Positions 28,539 to 39,038 of a stretch of DNA of 64,000 nucleotides are shown piece by piece. Position 1 is the first letter of the stretch; the number at the start of each line of letters is the position of its first letter. Below the pieces are notes generated by a model, which did not search any database, was not told the DNA's origin, and was given only the letters and a program-made list of their open reading frames with translations. Origin of the DNA: Candidatus Poribacteria bacterium (GTDB lineage Bacteria; Poribacteria; WGA-4E; WGA-3G); contig CBDHDL010000021.1 in assembly GCA_965261435.1 (NCBI GenBank), forward strand, positions 142,872-206,871. The letters run 5' to 3'. The position numbers and the translations under genes are program-made.

Positions 28539-28637
28539 ATTTCTTTGTGTCAGTCATTCAAATGTTTAGGCAAATGTTTAGGACAAAATTCCGTTGAAAA
28601 TCTAATCTAAAATACAATAGTATCATCAACTGATATT

Positions 28638-30434
28638 TTATAGGTATGATCCACCTTTGCTAACTCTAACTTCGGGTTTTCTGCGCGTTTCGGGTTCATT
28701 AATTAATGCTCGAATATTGACTATTTTTTCACCTTTTCTACCAGAAATCTTAGCCCAATCATCTGGGTTAGTTGTATTGGGAAGATCTTCATTTTCACGG
28801 TATTCTTCACGTATAGCAGTCTTTAGGTCATTTAAAGAGATACCTTTTTCCCTACCTTCAGAACTGATTAGGCGTTTAATTGCCATCTTCTTTGCCCGTG
28901 AAACTATGTTTCTAATCATCGCGCCACTAACAAAATCTTTGAAGAATAACGTTTCACGTTCGCCTCGTGTGTAGGTAACCTCAATAAATCGGTTATCATC
29001 TCTGGTTGCATACATTTCATCAGCAGCTTCAGAAATAAGGTGTTTGACAACATCTTCAGCATTACCGTCAAATTTTTCCCGTACTGCATCTGCAAGCGGT
29101 AGGTCAGGTGTAAGATAGATTCCAAATATATCTTTTGCGCCGTCAATGTTAGGACGATCAATCTTAATTTTAATGTCAAGCCTGCCGGGTCTTAATACAG
29201 CAGGGTCAAGAAGATCTTGCCTATTACTTGCTCCAATGACAATCACATCACGTAAGTTCTCAACGCCATCTATCTCAGCAAGGAATTGCGGCACTAAAGT
29301 TGACTCCATATCCGAGGATATTCCCATACCACGTGAACGAAATAACGAATCCATTTCATCAAAGAATATGACAACAGGAAATCCTTCTCTTGACTTATCC
29401 CGTGCTTTTTGAAATACTTCTCGAATTTTTCTTTCAGTTTCACCAACATACTTATTCAAAAGCTCAGGACCTTTAATGTTGATAAAATAGCCTCTAATGT
29501 CTTCCCTACCCGATTTTTGTCTGATGCGTTCTGCGAGACAATTTGCAACTGCCCTTGCGATCAGAGTCTTTCCACAACCTGGTGGGCCATAGAGCAATAC
29601 ACCTTTTGGGGGTGTGAGGTCAAATTCTTTATATTCTTCAGGGTATAGATAGGGCATTTCTATTGCGTCTCGAATCGCCTCAATCTGCGTGTCCAATCCA
29701 CCTATGTCAGCATAACTTATATCAGGTACTTCTTCGAGCAGTAAATCATCAAGTTCGCGCTTTGGAAGTTTCTCAAGAAGCATCCCGCTGCTATGATTCA
29801 ACAGAACGGTATCCCCTGTTTTTAGTGTTTCTTCTTTTAATGCGGATGAAACACGCACGACCTGTTCTTCATCGGTTCTCAGGCTTACAACAGCGCGTCC
29901 AGATTCAAGTACCTCCTTGATCTTTACCACATCTCCATGTTTTTCAGGAGGTTTAACTGCGACAACGTTCAGTCCACTATTAACGATTACTTCTTGCCCT
30001 ACATCAATCTGATCAGCTTTAATAGTTGGATCAAGATTAACTCTCCATTTCTTTCCACCGATGTCTACATCAATGGTATTATCATCATTAGTACCGAGAA
30101 AGATTCCGTAATTATTCGGAGGTGCACTGAGTTGTTTCACTTTCTCTTTTAATAGCTCAAGTTTCTCTCTTGCTTCTTGAAGTGTCCCGGTGAGTTTTCG
30201 ATTGCGTCTGTGTGCTTGCATTAATTCGCGTGTCATTTCATACAGGCGCGCATCAACATCTTCATCTGGTGAACTTCTGAGTTGTCTTCTTAGATCTGAG
30301 ACCTCGTTTTGAAGCATCTCAATTTGCCAATTTAGTTCTCGAACCATTTGAGGATAATCGATATTATCAGTTTCGATACCTTCAATATCGGAACTTTTCA
30401 ATAAGTCAGATGAAGTGTCTCTTTTAGTTGCCAT
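28638..30434 (-). CDS. arc: proteasome-associated AAA+ ATPase ARC/Mpa
   Basis: N-terminal coiled coil; Walker A GPPGCGKTLIARAVAN; Walker B VIFFDEMD; C-terminus ...GGSYL resembles the Mpa GQYL docking tail. Confidence 0.85.
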   Translation of the reverse strand: MATKRDTSSDLLKSSDIEGIETDNIDYPQMVRELNWQIEMLQNEVSDLRRQLRSSPDEDVDARLYEMTRELMQAHRRNRKLTGTLQEAREKLELLKEKVKQLSAPPNNYGIFLGTNDDNTIDVDIGGKKWRVNLDPTIKADQIDVGQEVIVNSGLNVVAVKPPEKHGDVVKIKEVLESGRAVVSLRTDEEQVVRVSSALKEETLKTGDTVLLNHSSGMLLEKLPKRELDDLLLEEVPDISYADIGGLDTQIEAIRDAIEMPYLYPEEYKEFDLTPPKGVLLYGPPGCGKTLIARAVANCLAERIRQKSGREDIRGYFINIKGPELLNKYVGETERKIREVFQKARDKSREGFPVVIFFDEMDSLFRSRGMGISSDMESTLVPQFLAEIDGVENLRDVIVIGASNRQDLLDPAVLRPGRLDIKIKIDRPNIDGAKDIFGIYLTPDLPLADAVREKFDGNAEDVVKHLISEAADEMYATRDDNRFIEVTYTRGERETLFFKDFVSGAMIRNIVSRAKKMAIKRLISSEGREKGISLNDLKTAIREEYRENEDLPNTTNPDDWAKISGRKGEKIVNIRALINEPETRRKPEVRVSKGGSYL

Positions 30435-30482
30435 ACAAAAAGTTCTCTCTTTCCATTGAAAAGATTGATGATAGGGTAAAAA

Positions 30483-30511
30483 AAGGTTGGATTTTTACGA
30501 TTCCAACCTTA
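30483..30511 (-). terminator. rho-independent terminator downstream of recA
   Basis: On the minus strand, the AAGGTTGGA-atcgtaaaaa-TCCAACCTT hairpin is followed by TTTTTTT. Confidence 0.55.
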
Positions 30512-30563
30512 GCACGTATAAGTATAGCATGTTGAAATATTTACTTCAAGAAAAACAAGCGTG

Positions 30564-31727
30564 TTAACTATTATTAGTATCTGATGTTGATGCATCAGTG
30601 TTTTCAAATTCCGTTTCTACTTCATCATCAACAACATCAACAGCAGGTATACTTCCTGCAGCGGATTCAGATTGCGCCATTGTACTCAGATTCTCACGTA
30701 TTTTCTTATCAAGTTCAGTTGCGATCTCAGGATTCTGTTCTAAATAGGTTTTCACATTATTGCGTCCTTGTCCAATCCGTTCATTGTTGTAAGAAAACCA
30801 TGAACCTCTTTTTTGAATGAATCCTGCTTCAACTGCGATATCTAAAAGGTTTCCTTCTATTGAGATACCTTTACCGAATGTTATATCAAACTCTGCTTCC
30901 CTGAATGGCGGTGCAACTTTATTCTTGACGACCTTGACAAGTACTCGATTTCCAAGAACATCTTGTCCTTCTTTTATCTGTGTAGCCCGTCGGATTTCCA
31001 ATCGCACAGAAGCATGAAACTTCAGCGCAAGTCCACCGGGTGTAGTATCTGGATTTCCAAACATGATTCCTATCTTCTGTCGGATTTGGTTTGTAAAAAT
31101 CACACAGGTTTTGGATTTGTTTGTTACGCCAGATAGTTTTCGTAGTGCTTTTGACATCAATCTTGGCAATAAACCGACATGTGCATCGCCCATTTCACCT
31201 TCCACTTCTGCTTGAGGTGTCAATGCAGCAACGGAGTCAATAATAACGACATCTATTGCCCCGCTTCGTATAAGGGTTTCTACAATCTCCAATGCTTGTT
31301 CACCGGCATCTGGCTGGGAAATTAATAGATTTTCCAGATTCACACCGATACTACGTGCATAGGTAGTGTCCAATGCGTGTTCAACATCTATAAATGCTGC
31401 GATGCCCCCCATTTTTTGTGCTTCAGCGACGACGTGCAGTGCTAATGTTGTTTTTCCTGTTCCTTCATGCCCAAAGACTTCAATGATTCTCCCACGAGGG
31501 ACGCCGCCGACACCTAACGCGAGGTCTAATGCAAGTGCACCGGTAGGAATAACTTCCACCGGAACAACTTCGTCGCCGGTCAGACGCATAATTGCCCCTT
31601 TACCATAAGCGCGTTCAACCTGAGATATGGCATCATCAACCGCCTTCTTTTTCTCTGCTGCGTTTTTCTGTTCTTCCGGACTAAGTTCATTGTCTAAACT
31701 GTTTTTGTCATCATTCGCCATTATCAA
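30564..31727 (-). CDS. recA: recombinase RecA
   Basis: [20 protein letters not shown] (Walker A). L1/L2 regions conserved. It has an about 20-aa N-terminal extension and an acidic C-terminal tail. Confidence 0.95.
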   Translation of the reverse strand: MIMANDDKNSLDNELSPEEQKNAAEKKKAVDDAISQVERAYGKGAIMRLTGDEVVPVEVIPTGALALDLALGVGGVPRGRIIEVFGHEGTGKTTLALHVVAEAQKMGGIAAFIDVEHALDTTYARSIGVNLENLLISQPDAGEQALEIVETLIRSGAIDVVIIDSVAALTPQAEVEGEMGDAHVGLLPRLMSKALRKLSGVTNKSKTCVIFTNQIRQKIGIMFGNPDTTPGGLALKFHASVRLEIRRATQIKEGQDVLGNRVLVKVVKNKVAPPFREAEFDITFGKGISIEGNLLDIAVEAGFIQKRGSWFSYNNERIGQGRNNVKTYLEQNPEIATELDKKIRENLSTMAQSESAAGSIPAVDVVDDEVETEFENTDASTSDTNNS

Positions 31728-32303
31728 CTATCTCCTACTCAATTGAAATTTTTTAATAGGTGTGTATACCGATCCACTTGGGTGTAGTTTGCTTTTGACT
31801 AATACAATTTCATTTACTGTCAGCTTTGAATTTTGTAAGGTGTCATATTCCTCAAATATATCCTTAAAACCACTCAAATTCATAGGATTTCTTATTCTTG
31901 CCAGTGTAACATGTGGGTGAAATCGACTCTCGTTCTTAAAACCTAAGTGTACCATTTCAGTGTTAATTTCTTGACCTAATTCTGTTGTAGTCAATGTTCC
32001 TTGTTTTAATCCAATCCATAAGACGCGTGGTCGTGGTATGTTCGGAAATGCCCCTATACCACCAAAATTCAAAGGAAAAGGTTCATATTTTTTTGAAATA
32101 TATTCTATGGTATTGCCGATCTGAGAAATTCTATTCTGCTTTACATCACCAAGGAATTTCAAGGTCAAATGAAAGTTCCCCAATTTTGTCCAGGATGCAT
32201 TACTAATCCTTGACCTTAATGTAGTCTGTATCTCCTCAAAAATCTTTTGAATACTATGTGGTAACTCAATAGCAATAAAACACCGAATAGAGGAATCTCT
32301 CAT
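31728..32303 (-). CDS. thpR: RNA 2',3'-cyclic phosphodiesterase (2H family, ThpR/LigT)
   Basis: Two H-x-T-x motifs, HLTLKFLG and HVTLARI. 191 aa. Confidence 0.7.
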   Translation of the reverse strand: MRDSSIRCFIAIELPHSIQKIFEEIQTTLRSRISNASWTKLGNFHLTLKFLGDVKQNRISQIGNTIEYISKKYEPFPLNFGGIGAFPNIPRPRVLWIGLKQGTLTTTELGQEINTEMVHLGFKNESRFHPHVTLARIRNPMNLSGFKDIFEEYDTLQNSKLTVNEIVLVKSKLHPSGSVYTPIKKFQLSRR

Positions 32304-32333
32304 GACAATTTTATTAAAGAGTGCACGTTTTGC

Positions 32334-32921
32334 TTAAGTTGAAAATGCCTTTCGATTCCCGTATAGGAACTCAATTCCAGAGGTTACCGTTATTATGACT
32401 GGTAAATACATCATAAAATAGATGGGACCGTAAGGTTGAATAACCATTTCAGAATCGAGGTAGAATACCAATAAAAGTAAACTAATTGTTATTATACTAA
32501 GTTGGGTTACAGTTTTGTATTTTCCCCATTTATTAGCGGAAATTACATCCCCATCCTTAGCCACAACAATGATTCGGAATGTAGTTACTATTGTCTCCCG
32601 TCCGAGTATGACCAGCACCATCCAGATAGGAATAAGCCTTGCCCCATTTGCTAAGTGTTCATGTTGAAATAGATAGAAACTGATTAACGCTGCAGCTACA
32701 AGAATTTTATCCACGATGGAATCCATAAAGCTTCCAAACTCTGTTATCCCCTGCTTTCGTGCGATTTTCCCATCTAATAGGTCTGTTAACGCTGCTAACC
32801 CGAAACAGATAGCAGAAGGAAACATCATTTTTGCGCGAAAGAAGAATAGAAAAGGAACTGTTAGCAATAACCGTGAAAATGTTAGTAAATTTGCTAAACG
32901 TAAATATGGATGAGAACTCAT
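32334..32921 (-). CDS. pgsA: CDP-alcohol phosphatidyltransferase (CDP-diacylglycerol--glycerol-3-phosphate 3-phosphatidyltransferase-like)
   Basis: CDP-OH transferase motif DLLDGKIARKQG...GSFMDSIVDK and multiple TM helices. Confidence 0.7.
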   Translation of the reverse strand: MSSHPYLRLANLLTFSRLLLTVPFLFFFRAKMMFPSAICFGLAALTDLLDGKIARKQGITEFGSFMDSIVDKILVAAALISFYLFQHEHLANGARLIPIWMVLVILGRETIVTTFRIIVVAKDGDVISANKWGKYKTVTQLSIITISLLLLVFYLDSEMVIQPYGPIYFMMYLPVIITVTSGIEFLYGNRKAFST

Positions 32922-32927
32922 AAGTGT

Positions 32928-33686
32928 TTATTTTTCCGTAAAGTCAATCACCTCTGCATCTTCTGGAATTTTGAACTTAAATACATCTGCAGTTAACTGC
33001 TTATCTCGTTCAATCTTGGATAGCGTTGTTATTACACTCCTGCGGCTCTTATCAGAATATTCCATAACATATCCGAATTGGACGGGTAGCCAATCTTCTT
33101 CCTGGACCCAAATTTCAAGTGTTTCTTTTACCTGATCTTCATCAGGTGTTTCTTTTACAGTTGTATTTAGCAGATGTGGTTTTGGTGTCAATCTAATTTG
33201 AAACACGCCTTTAGCATTTGCGGCTTCATCGGGGACAAGTTCCATGTTCCAGTTTGATGACACATCTTCAAGAGATGCCCCGACACCAGGTAGTATCTCC
33301 CGTCGTTTTGAGGTATCCCATTTCTTTTTGTTGACTTGGTTGTATATTGGAACATAAGACCATGCGAAAGAACCATCTAAGACGATTACTTTTACGATCC
33401 GTTTCGGATCTTTTGGAGAGACATATTCCTTCCGTAGTAAGTTGGGTTTACCAAATGTGAAGTGTCCGCGTGCAACCCTTTCCTGTGCTTTAAATAGGGT
33501 CGTCTCCTCAAATTCAGCACTGAAATTTTTTGACTCAGTATAAGCGTTTTTGAAATTTTCAAATATTTCATCAACCGTATAGGTATGGGCATTGACACTA
33601 ATACCAAACATCAGTAATAACAGAATCAAAATACAGAAGTGATATTTCACAATGAATCTCCTATCATGTGAGCTGAGGGACGGCAT
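32928..33686 (-). CDS. LolA-like outer-membrane lipoprotein carrier/sorting family protein
   Basis: Signal peptide followed by a pattern reminiscent of the LolA fold. This is a weak motif-level call. Confidence 0.4.
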   Translation of the reverse strand: MPSLSSHDRRFIVKYHFCILILLLLMFGISVNAHTYTVDEIFENFKNAYTESKNFSAEFEETTLFKAQERVARGHFTFGKPNLLRKEYVSPKDPKRIVKVIVLDGSFAWSYVPIYNQVNKKKWDTSKRREILPGVGASLEDVSSNWNMELVPDEAANAKGVFQIRLTPKPHLLNTTVKETPDEDQVKETLEIWVQEEDWLPVQFGYVMEYSDKSRRSVITTLSKIERDKQLTADVFKFKIPEDAEVIDFTEK

Positions 33687-33724
33687 TTGTTAAGAAGATA
33701 GTATATCACACCCAATTTTGCATG

Positions 33725-34240
33725 TCAACGATATTTTTCCGATGTTTCCATCTGAACTGCTTTCTCAATATCTACGTCGGAAGTTAAAATACGCGTCCAA
33801 TCACTTAATTCTACTTCATGACCATCAGTATCATCCAAGGCAAAGTAGACAAGTGTTTCTAAAGTTTTAGACAACTGCGTATCACGAAAAAGTGCTTGGA
33901 ACCAGATACCGAAAAGTTTTAATGCCTCGGATGATTCTGAGAATACCCAAAAGATTACACGGCAGAAATCAAGTCCTTCGTCAACTGATTGGTGCGAAAT
34001 CCATACTTCAGAAGGAAAATCGTGAAAATGGGGTAGAAGATCAGCAATAATGACTGTTTTTTCATGATTCAAGTATGTAATCTCAGGAAAGATGTCTAAT
34101 TGGATAGAATATTTCTGTGCATAAAGTGTAGTTTCTTGAATTTTAGTGTTCATTATCACTCTCCAGTCGCAATATAACAGAATGTGGTACAAAGAACGCA
34201 AGCTAACAGAATGCCTCTTATTGGCGAGGGTGTTGTTCAA
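33725..34240 (-). CDS. hypothetical protein
   Basis: 171-aa ORF with no recognisable motif. Confidence 0.3.
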   Translation of the reverse strand: MNNTLANKRHSVSLRSLYHILLYCDWRVIMNTKIQETTLYAQKYSIQLDIFPEITYLNHEKTVIIADLLPHFHDFPSEVWISHQSVDEGLDFCRVIFWVFSESSEALKLFGIWFQALFRDTQLSKTLETLVYFALDDTDGHEVELSDWTRILTSDVDIEKAVQMETSEKYR

Positions 34241-34940
34241 AATAAGCCCAAAATATTATAGTTGTAAATTAGCAAAAATTGTCTTATTATAACTGTAATA
34301 CGATTTATGGTAGTGTGAGCGTTCACACTATATTGATTCTTAGCAAGTGCTACTTTTTAGGTGTGTCTTTTATCTAAAACTGTACCATCAAAAATGATAT
34401 GTCCGTTGTGGGTTTGATTCAGGTGCGGTTTAACACTTTCCCAGACACAACGGGGTAGTAAACGATCACTCTATATGCGTCAATTTAGTGAATTTCCCAG
34501 GCCGGTAGGTGCGATTTCCTAATCGCGCTGGATCCTTCGCGAAAACCTTTATGAACGCAATTCGCACAAAGCCGGTTCGGTTAGGAAACCGAACCTACCG
34601 ACCTGAAATTTATAGCGGGATTCTCCTTAAAGTGACGCTTACGGGGTGGTAAACGATCACCCGCAAAATAACGATTAATTTGATCATGACTGAACTGTTC
34701 ACAGTGATCCGTAAAATTGATTATAGCATAGTTGACAAGTGTAGTTAGTAGATATTGACAATAATTTACTGTTTTGTCAATACTTAACTAAAAATAAACG
34801 GAGATACTCCATCATAAGAGATTGTTTGAGATTGCTATTAAGTATTATATTAACCCAAGTCGCCGCCTTGTAGCATAATCTGTTAGATTGTGCCTGTGAG
34901 GGTGCAATCTAACAGTTTACGCTACGATATATTATGAAAA

Positions 34941-37900
34941 ATGGATTATTTTCTATTTAAGGAATTATTAATGTCTCATAGAAAATATGGAAGATGGTAT
35001 GTAACATTTTTACTTTTGTGTGTTTTTGTCCTCTATTCTATAAGTTATGCGGATGTGACTCCTGTTGCTGACCGCACGCCACAAGTGCGTGATGCGATTG
35101 TTGCTGCAGTACCGGGTGTGGATTCTGCAGCCGATGTGACTGCGGAGCATCTGTCAACGATGACGAGTCTTACCCTGCGTTTGTTAAAGATAACGTCGTT
35201 GGCATCAGGTGATTTTTCTGGGTTAACAGGTATGACTTCTCTGAACCTCTACGGGAACCAGCTCTCCAGTTTACCTGCTGGTATTTTTGAAGGGTTGACA
35301 TCTTTGACAACACTACGTTTAGGGAGAAACGCTGTGGATCCTCTCCCTTTGACTGTATCATTAGAAAAGGTTGCCGAAGGTGAGTTCAAGGCGGTTGTCC
35401 CTGCAGGAGCGACGTTTGATATTGTTTTACCGATCACTGTTGCAAATGGCAGTATCACGGGTGGTACGACAGCACTCACAATTTCTCAGGGTGGCACAGA
35501 GAGTAGCCTGTTTGAGGTAACACGCACCCCTGGTACAACAGGTGAAGTCACCGTTGATATTGGTACATTACCGAGTTTGCCTCGTAATCATTATGGTTAC
35601 GAACTTGTCAAATCCGATGCACTTCTCCTGACTATCATCGGTGGCATAAACACGGCACCTACTTTTGCTGAAGGCAATATCACTATACGTACCATTGCAG
35701 AAAATGTCTCGGTAGGCACGAACATCGGTGCGCCGATAACAGCCACGGATGTAGAGGATGACACACTGACTTGGACCCTCGGTGGCGTTGATGCCGATTC
35801 CTTTGAGATAAATAGTACAACAGGGCAGCTTAAGACCAAAGCACCGCTTGACTATGAAACCAAGCGTGTCTATTCGGTGTCCCTCACAGTTGCTGATGAA
35901 GAGCTATCCGATACGATAACGGTAATTATCAGCGTGATTGACGTAAGTGATACTGTTGTCGCTGCGGATGTTTTTCCTGTCGTTGACCGCACGCCACAAG
36001 TGCGTGATGCAATCGTGGCGGCGATCCCCACTGTGCGTGATGCAACCCAAGTAACCGCCACACACCTCGCAAGTATAACAAGTCTGAACCTGCGTAGCAA
36101 AGGTATTTCTGCACTGAAAATAGGTGATTTTTCTGGACTTGTCGCACTTACAAATCTCAATCTATTTGGGAATCAACTTTCCAGTCTACCCGTAGGCACT
36201 TTTGATGGTTTGGGGGCACTCACTACGCTCCGATTAGGTGGCAACGTTGTTGACCCACTCCCGTTGATCGTGTCTTTACAACAGGTCCGTGATAGCGAAT
36301 ATCGTGCGATAATACCTACTGGCGCGCCTTTCCCGATCCGCCTCCCGATTACCGTCACTGATAGTAGTATTAGCGGTGGGATAACATCTGTTGTGATCTC
36401 ACAAGGTAGGCGTCATAGTGCCCCATTTACCGTAGTCGGCACCTCCGCAAAAGTGTCTATCGGCATGTTGCCCGGAGTGCCGCGTAACCATTACGGGTAT
36501 GTGCTTGCACAATCCACCGTCAGCAGCCGCACCGAACAAGTGGCAACTGCGATTGCTGCTGCGATAGGTGTTAGCGATAGTCGTTCTGTGACCGAGATAG
36601 ACCTTGCTACGATAACAAGTCTCGATCTCTCAGGAACTTCTCTTACGACGCTCAAAACAGGCGATTTTGCGGATATGGTATCGTTGACAACACTCAACTT
36701 GTCAAACAATGCACTGACGTACCTACCGGCTGACATCTTTGATGACACACCGTCGCTGCGTTCCATTACTTTAGCCAATAACCAGCTTTCAAGTCTCCCT
36801 GTTGGATTGTTCACGGGGTTGTCGTTTCTGAGCACGGTTGACCTCAGTGGCAACGGCATCACAAGCTTATCAGATGGAACATTCAGTGAGTTATCTACGT
36901 TGACAACCCTCAATTTGTCCAACAACAAGATGTCTACGTTACCAGCTGGCATTTTTGAGGGGTTGACATCGTTGAATCAACTCTCATTAAGTGGGAATAC
37001 AGTGGATCCGTTGCAGATAGGTGTATCACTCCAGAAGGTAGGAATAAATCAGTTTAAAGCAGTCGCTCTCACAGGTGCGCCGTTTAATATCGTGTTGCCA
37101 CTCGAACGGATAAATGGCACGGTTCGCGGCGTGGCAACAACCATTCAGATACCGAAAGGCAGTGTGGAAAGCCAACCCTTGACAATGATCCGGATGCCCA
37201 ACACTATTGCAGCAGTTGAAGTAGATATAGTCAATGTGCCGCAGCTCCCCTCAAATCATAACGGGTACGCGCTTGTGAAATCTATGACTCGGCGGTTAGA
37301 AGTACTCCCGATCTTGAACTCGCCACCCGTGTTCACTGAAGGCACAAGCACGACTCGCAATATCGCAGAGAATACCGCAGCAGGCACAAACATCGGTGAT
37401 CCTGTTTCAGCGACAGATGTTGATGAAGACACGTTAACCTACCGGATCGGTGGTACAGATGCAGCCGCTTTCGCTATTGATACATCCTCCGGACAACTGC
37501 GAACAAGTGCAATCTTAGACTATGAAAACAAGAACTCTTATTCTATCACCGTCTCGGTTTCTGATGGCAATGGTGGAAGTGATAGCATTACCGTCACTAT
37601 CACTGTGACGGATGTTAGTGAAACTAAGATAACACCTGCGATTAGTGACCGCACACCACAGGTACGTGATGCCATCGTTGCTGCAGCCAGTGTTTCCTCC
37701 GCTGCTGATGTGAACGCAGCGCACCTCACAGCGATCAGAACTCTGGACCTTTTAGACCACTCCATCAGTTCCTTGAAAGCAGGTGATTTCAGTGGACTTA
37801 CCTCACTGATATGGATCGATCTGTCTTCCAATTCCATAAGTGATATATCTGCCCTTGAGGACTTGACTTCACTTGAAACGCTCCGTCTGTATGACAATTC

Positions 37901-39038
37901 CATAAGTGATATATCTGTCCTTTCAGGGTTGACTTCATTGACAACACTCAATCTGTCTGGTAATTCCATAGGTGATATATCTGCACTTTCAGGATTGACT
38001 TCACTGACAACGCTCAATCTGTCTATCAATTCCATAAGTGATATATCTGCACTTTCAGGGTTGACTTCACTGACAAGGCTCGGTCTCAGGGGTAATTCCA
38101 TTTCAGATTACGGACCGCTGCGCAGGCTACTCGCAGCAATTGAGGCAGCTGGTAATAGTTTATCACTTGATACTACTATCCCGCTTGTCGGAAACAACAA
38201 CGATGCCCCCATATTCACAGATGGCACCAGCACGACACGTTCTATCGTTGAAAATACTGGATCTGGTGTCAATATCGGTCCTGCGGTATCAGCAACCGAT
38301 GCGGATAACGATACACTCACATATACGCTCATTGGTACGGATGCGTCATCATTTAGCATTGTCAGTTCATCAGGACAGCTCCAAACAAAAGCATCCCTTG
38401 ACTATGAAAACAAAAACTCTTATTCTGTCACCATCTCTGTCTCTGATAGCAACGGTGGGACAGATAGCATTACCGTCACTATCAATGTTACGGATGTGAG
38501 TGAAACGACAATAACACTTGTCAGTGAACGAACATCACAGGTACGCGATGCTATTGTCGCCGCACTCCGTGGTGTTTCCTCCGCGGCGGATGTGACCGCA
38601 GCACACCTCACAACAATTACATCTTTGGACCTTTCAGACCAATCCATCAGTTCATTGAAACCAGGTGATTTCAGTGGACTTTCTTCACTGACAACGCTCC
38701 GTCTGTATGACAATTCCATAAGTGATATATCTGCACTTTCAGGGTTGACTTCACTGACAACGCTCAATCTGTCTGGCAATTCCATAAGTGACATATCTGC
38801 ACTTTCAGGGTTGACTTCACTGACAAGGCTCAATCTGTCTATCAATTCCATAAATGATATATCTGTCCTTTCAGGGTTGACTTCACTGACAAGGCTCAAT
38901 CTGTCTATCAATTCCATAAGTGATATATCTGCACTTTCAGGGTTGACTTCACTGACAAGGCTCGGTCTCAGGGGTAATTCCATTTCAGATTACGGACCGC
39001 TGCGCAGGCTACTCGCAGCACTTGAGGCAAGCTGGTAA
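34941..39038 (+). CDS. giant surface protein, segment 1 (signal peptide, Ig/cadherin-like repeats, LRR modules); open frame ends at a +1 frameshift
   Basis: Signal-like N-terminus. Repeated module RTPQVRDAIVAA...AADVTAAHL followed by LRRs (NSISDISALSGLTSLTTLNL). Cadherin-like repeats (LDYE.K..YS.TV.VSDG...D.ITVTI.VTDV). It stops at 39036 where ...LEAAGNSLSLDTTIP of every other module reads gcaAgctggtaa, with an extra A at about 39029. Confidence 0.7.
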   Translation: MDYFLFKELLMSHRKYGRWYVTFLLLCVFVLYSISYADVTPVADRTPQVRDAIVAAVPGVDSAADVTAEHLSTMTSLTLRLLKITSLASGDFSGLTGMTSLNLYGNQLSSLPAGIFEGLTSLTTLRLGRNAVDPLPLTVSLEKVAEGEFKAVVPAGATFDIVLPITVANGSITGGTTALTISQGGTESSLFEVTRTPGTTGEVTVDIGTLPSLPRNHYGYELVKSDALLLTIIGGINTAPTFAEGNITIRTIAENVSVGTNIGAPITATDVEDDTLTWTLGGVDADSFEINSTTGQLKTKAPLDYETKRVYSVSLTVADEELSDTITVIISVIDVSDTVVAADVFPVVDRTPQVRDAIVAAIPTVRDATQVTATHLASITSLNLRSKGISALKIGDFSGLVALTNLNLFGNQLSSLPVGTFDGLGALTTLRLGGNVVDPLPLIVSLQQVRDSEYRAIIPTGAPFPIRLPITVTDSSISGGITSVVISQGRRHSAPFTVVGTSAKVSIGMLPGVPRNHYGYVLAQSTVSSRTEQVATAIAAAIGVSDSRSVTEIDLATITSLDLSGTSLTTLKTGDFADMVSLTTLNLSNNALTYLPADIFDDTPSLRSITLANNQLSSLPVGLFTGLSFLSTVDLSGNGITSLSDGTFSELSTLTTLNLSNNKMSTLPAGIFEGLTSLNQLSLSGNTVDPLQIGVSLQKVGINQFKAVALTGAPFNIVLPLERINGTVRGVATTIQIPKGSVESQPLTMIRMPNTIAAVEVDIVNVPQLPSNHNGYALVKSMTRRLEVLPILNSPPVFTEGTSTTRNIAENTAAGTNIGDPVSATDVDEDTLTYRIGGTDAAAFAIDTSSGQLRTSAILDYENKNSYSITVSVSDGNGGSDSITVTITVTDVSETKITPAISDRTPQVRDAIVAAASVSSAADVNAAHLTAIRTLDLLDHSISSLKAGDFSGLTSLIWIDLSSNSISDISALEDLTSLETLRLYDNSISDISVLSGLTSLTTLNLSGNSIGDISALSGLTSLTTLNLSINSISDISALSGLTSLTRLGLRGNSISDYGPLRRLLAAIEAAGNSLSLDTTIPLVGNNNDAPIFTDGTSTTRSIVENTGSGVNIGPAVSATDADNDTLTYTLIGTDASSFSIVSSSGQLQTKASLDYENKNSYSVTISVSDSNGGTDSITVTINVTDVSETTITLVSERTSQVRDAIVAALRGVSSAADVTAAHLTTITSLDLSDQSISSLKPGDFSGLSSLTTLRLYDNSISDISALSGLTSLTTLNLSGNSISDISALSGLTSLTRLNLSINSINDISVLSGLTSLTRLNLSINSISDISALSGLTSLTRLGLRGNSISDYGPLRRLLAALEASW

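Noticed and set aside
37538-38101. Antisense ORFs throughout the LRR genes (for example 37538..38101, 38420..38983, 39591..39866, 40167..40679, 42007..42582, 43999..44565; MELPLRPSLVSEVNPESADISLMEL...)
   Set aside because: They are the reverse-strand reading of the LRR repeats (ISDISALSGLTSLT read backwards gives ...SEVNPESADISLMEL...). The repetitive, low-complexity sense strand keeps them open. The sense-strand genes have signal peptides, domain logic and a CTD.
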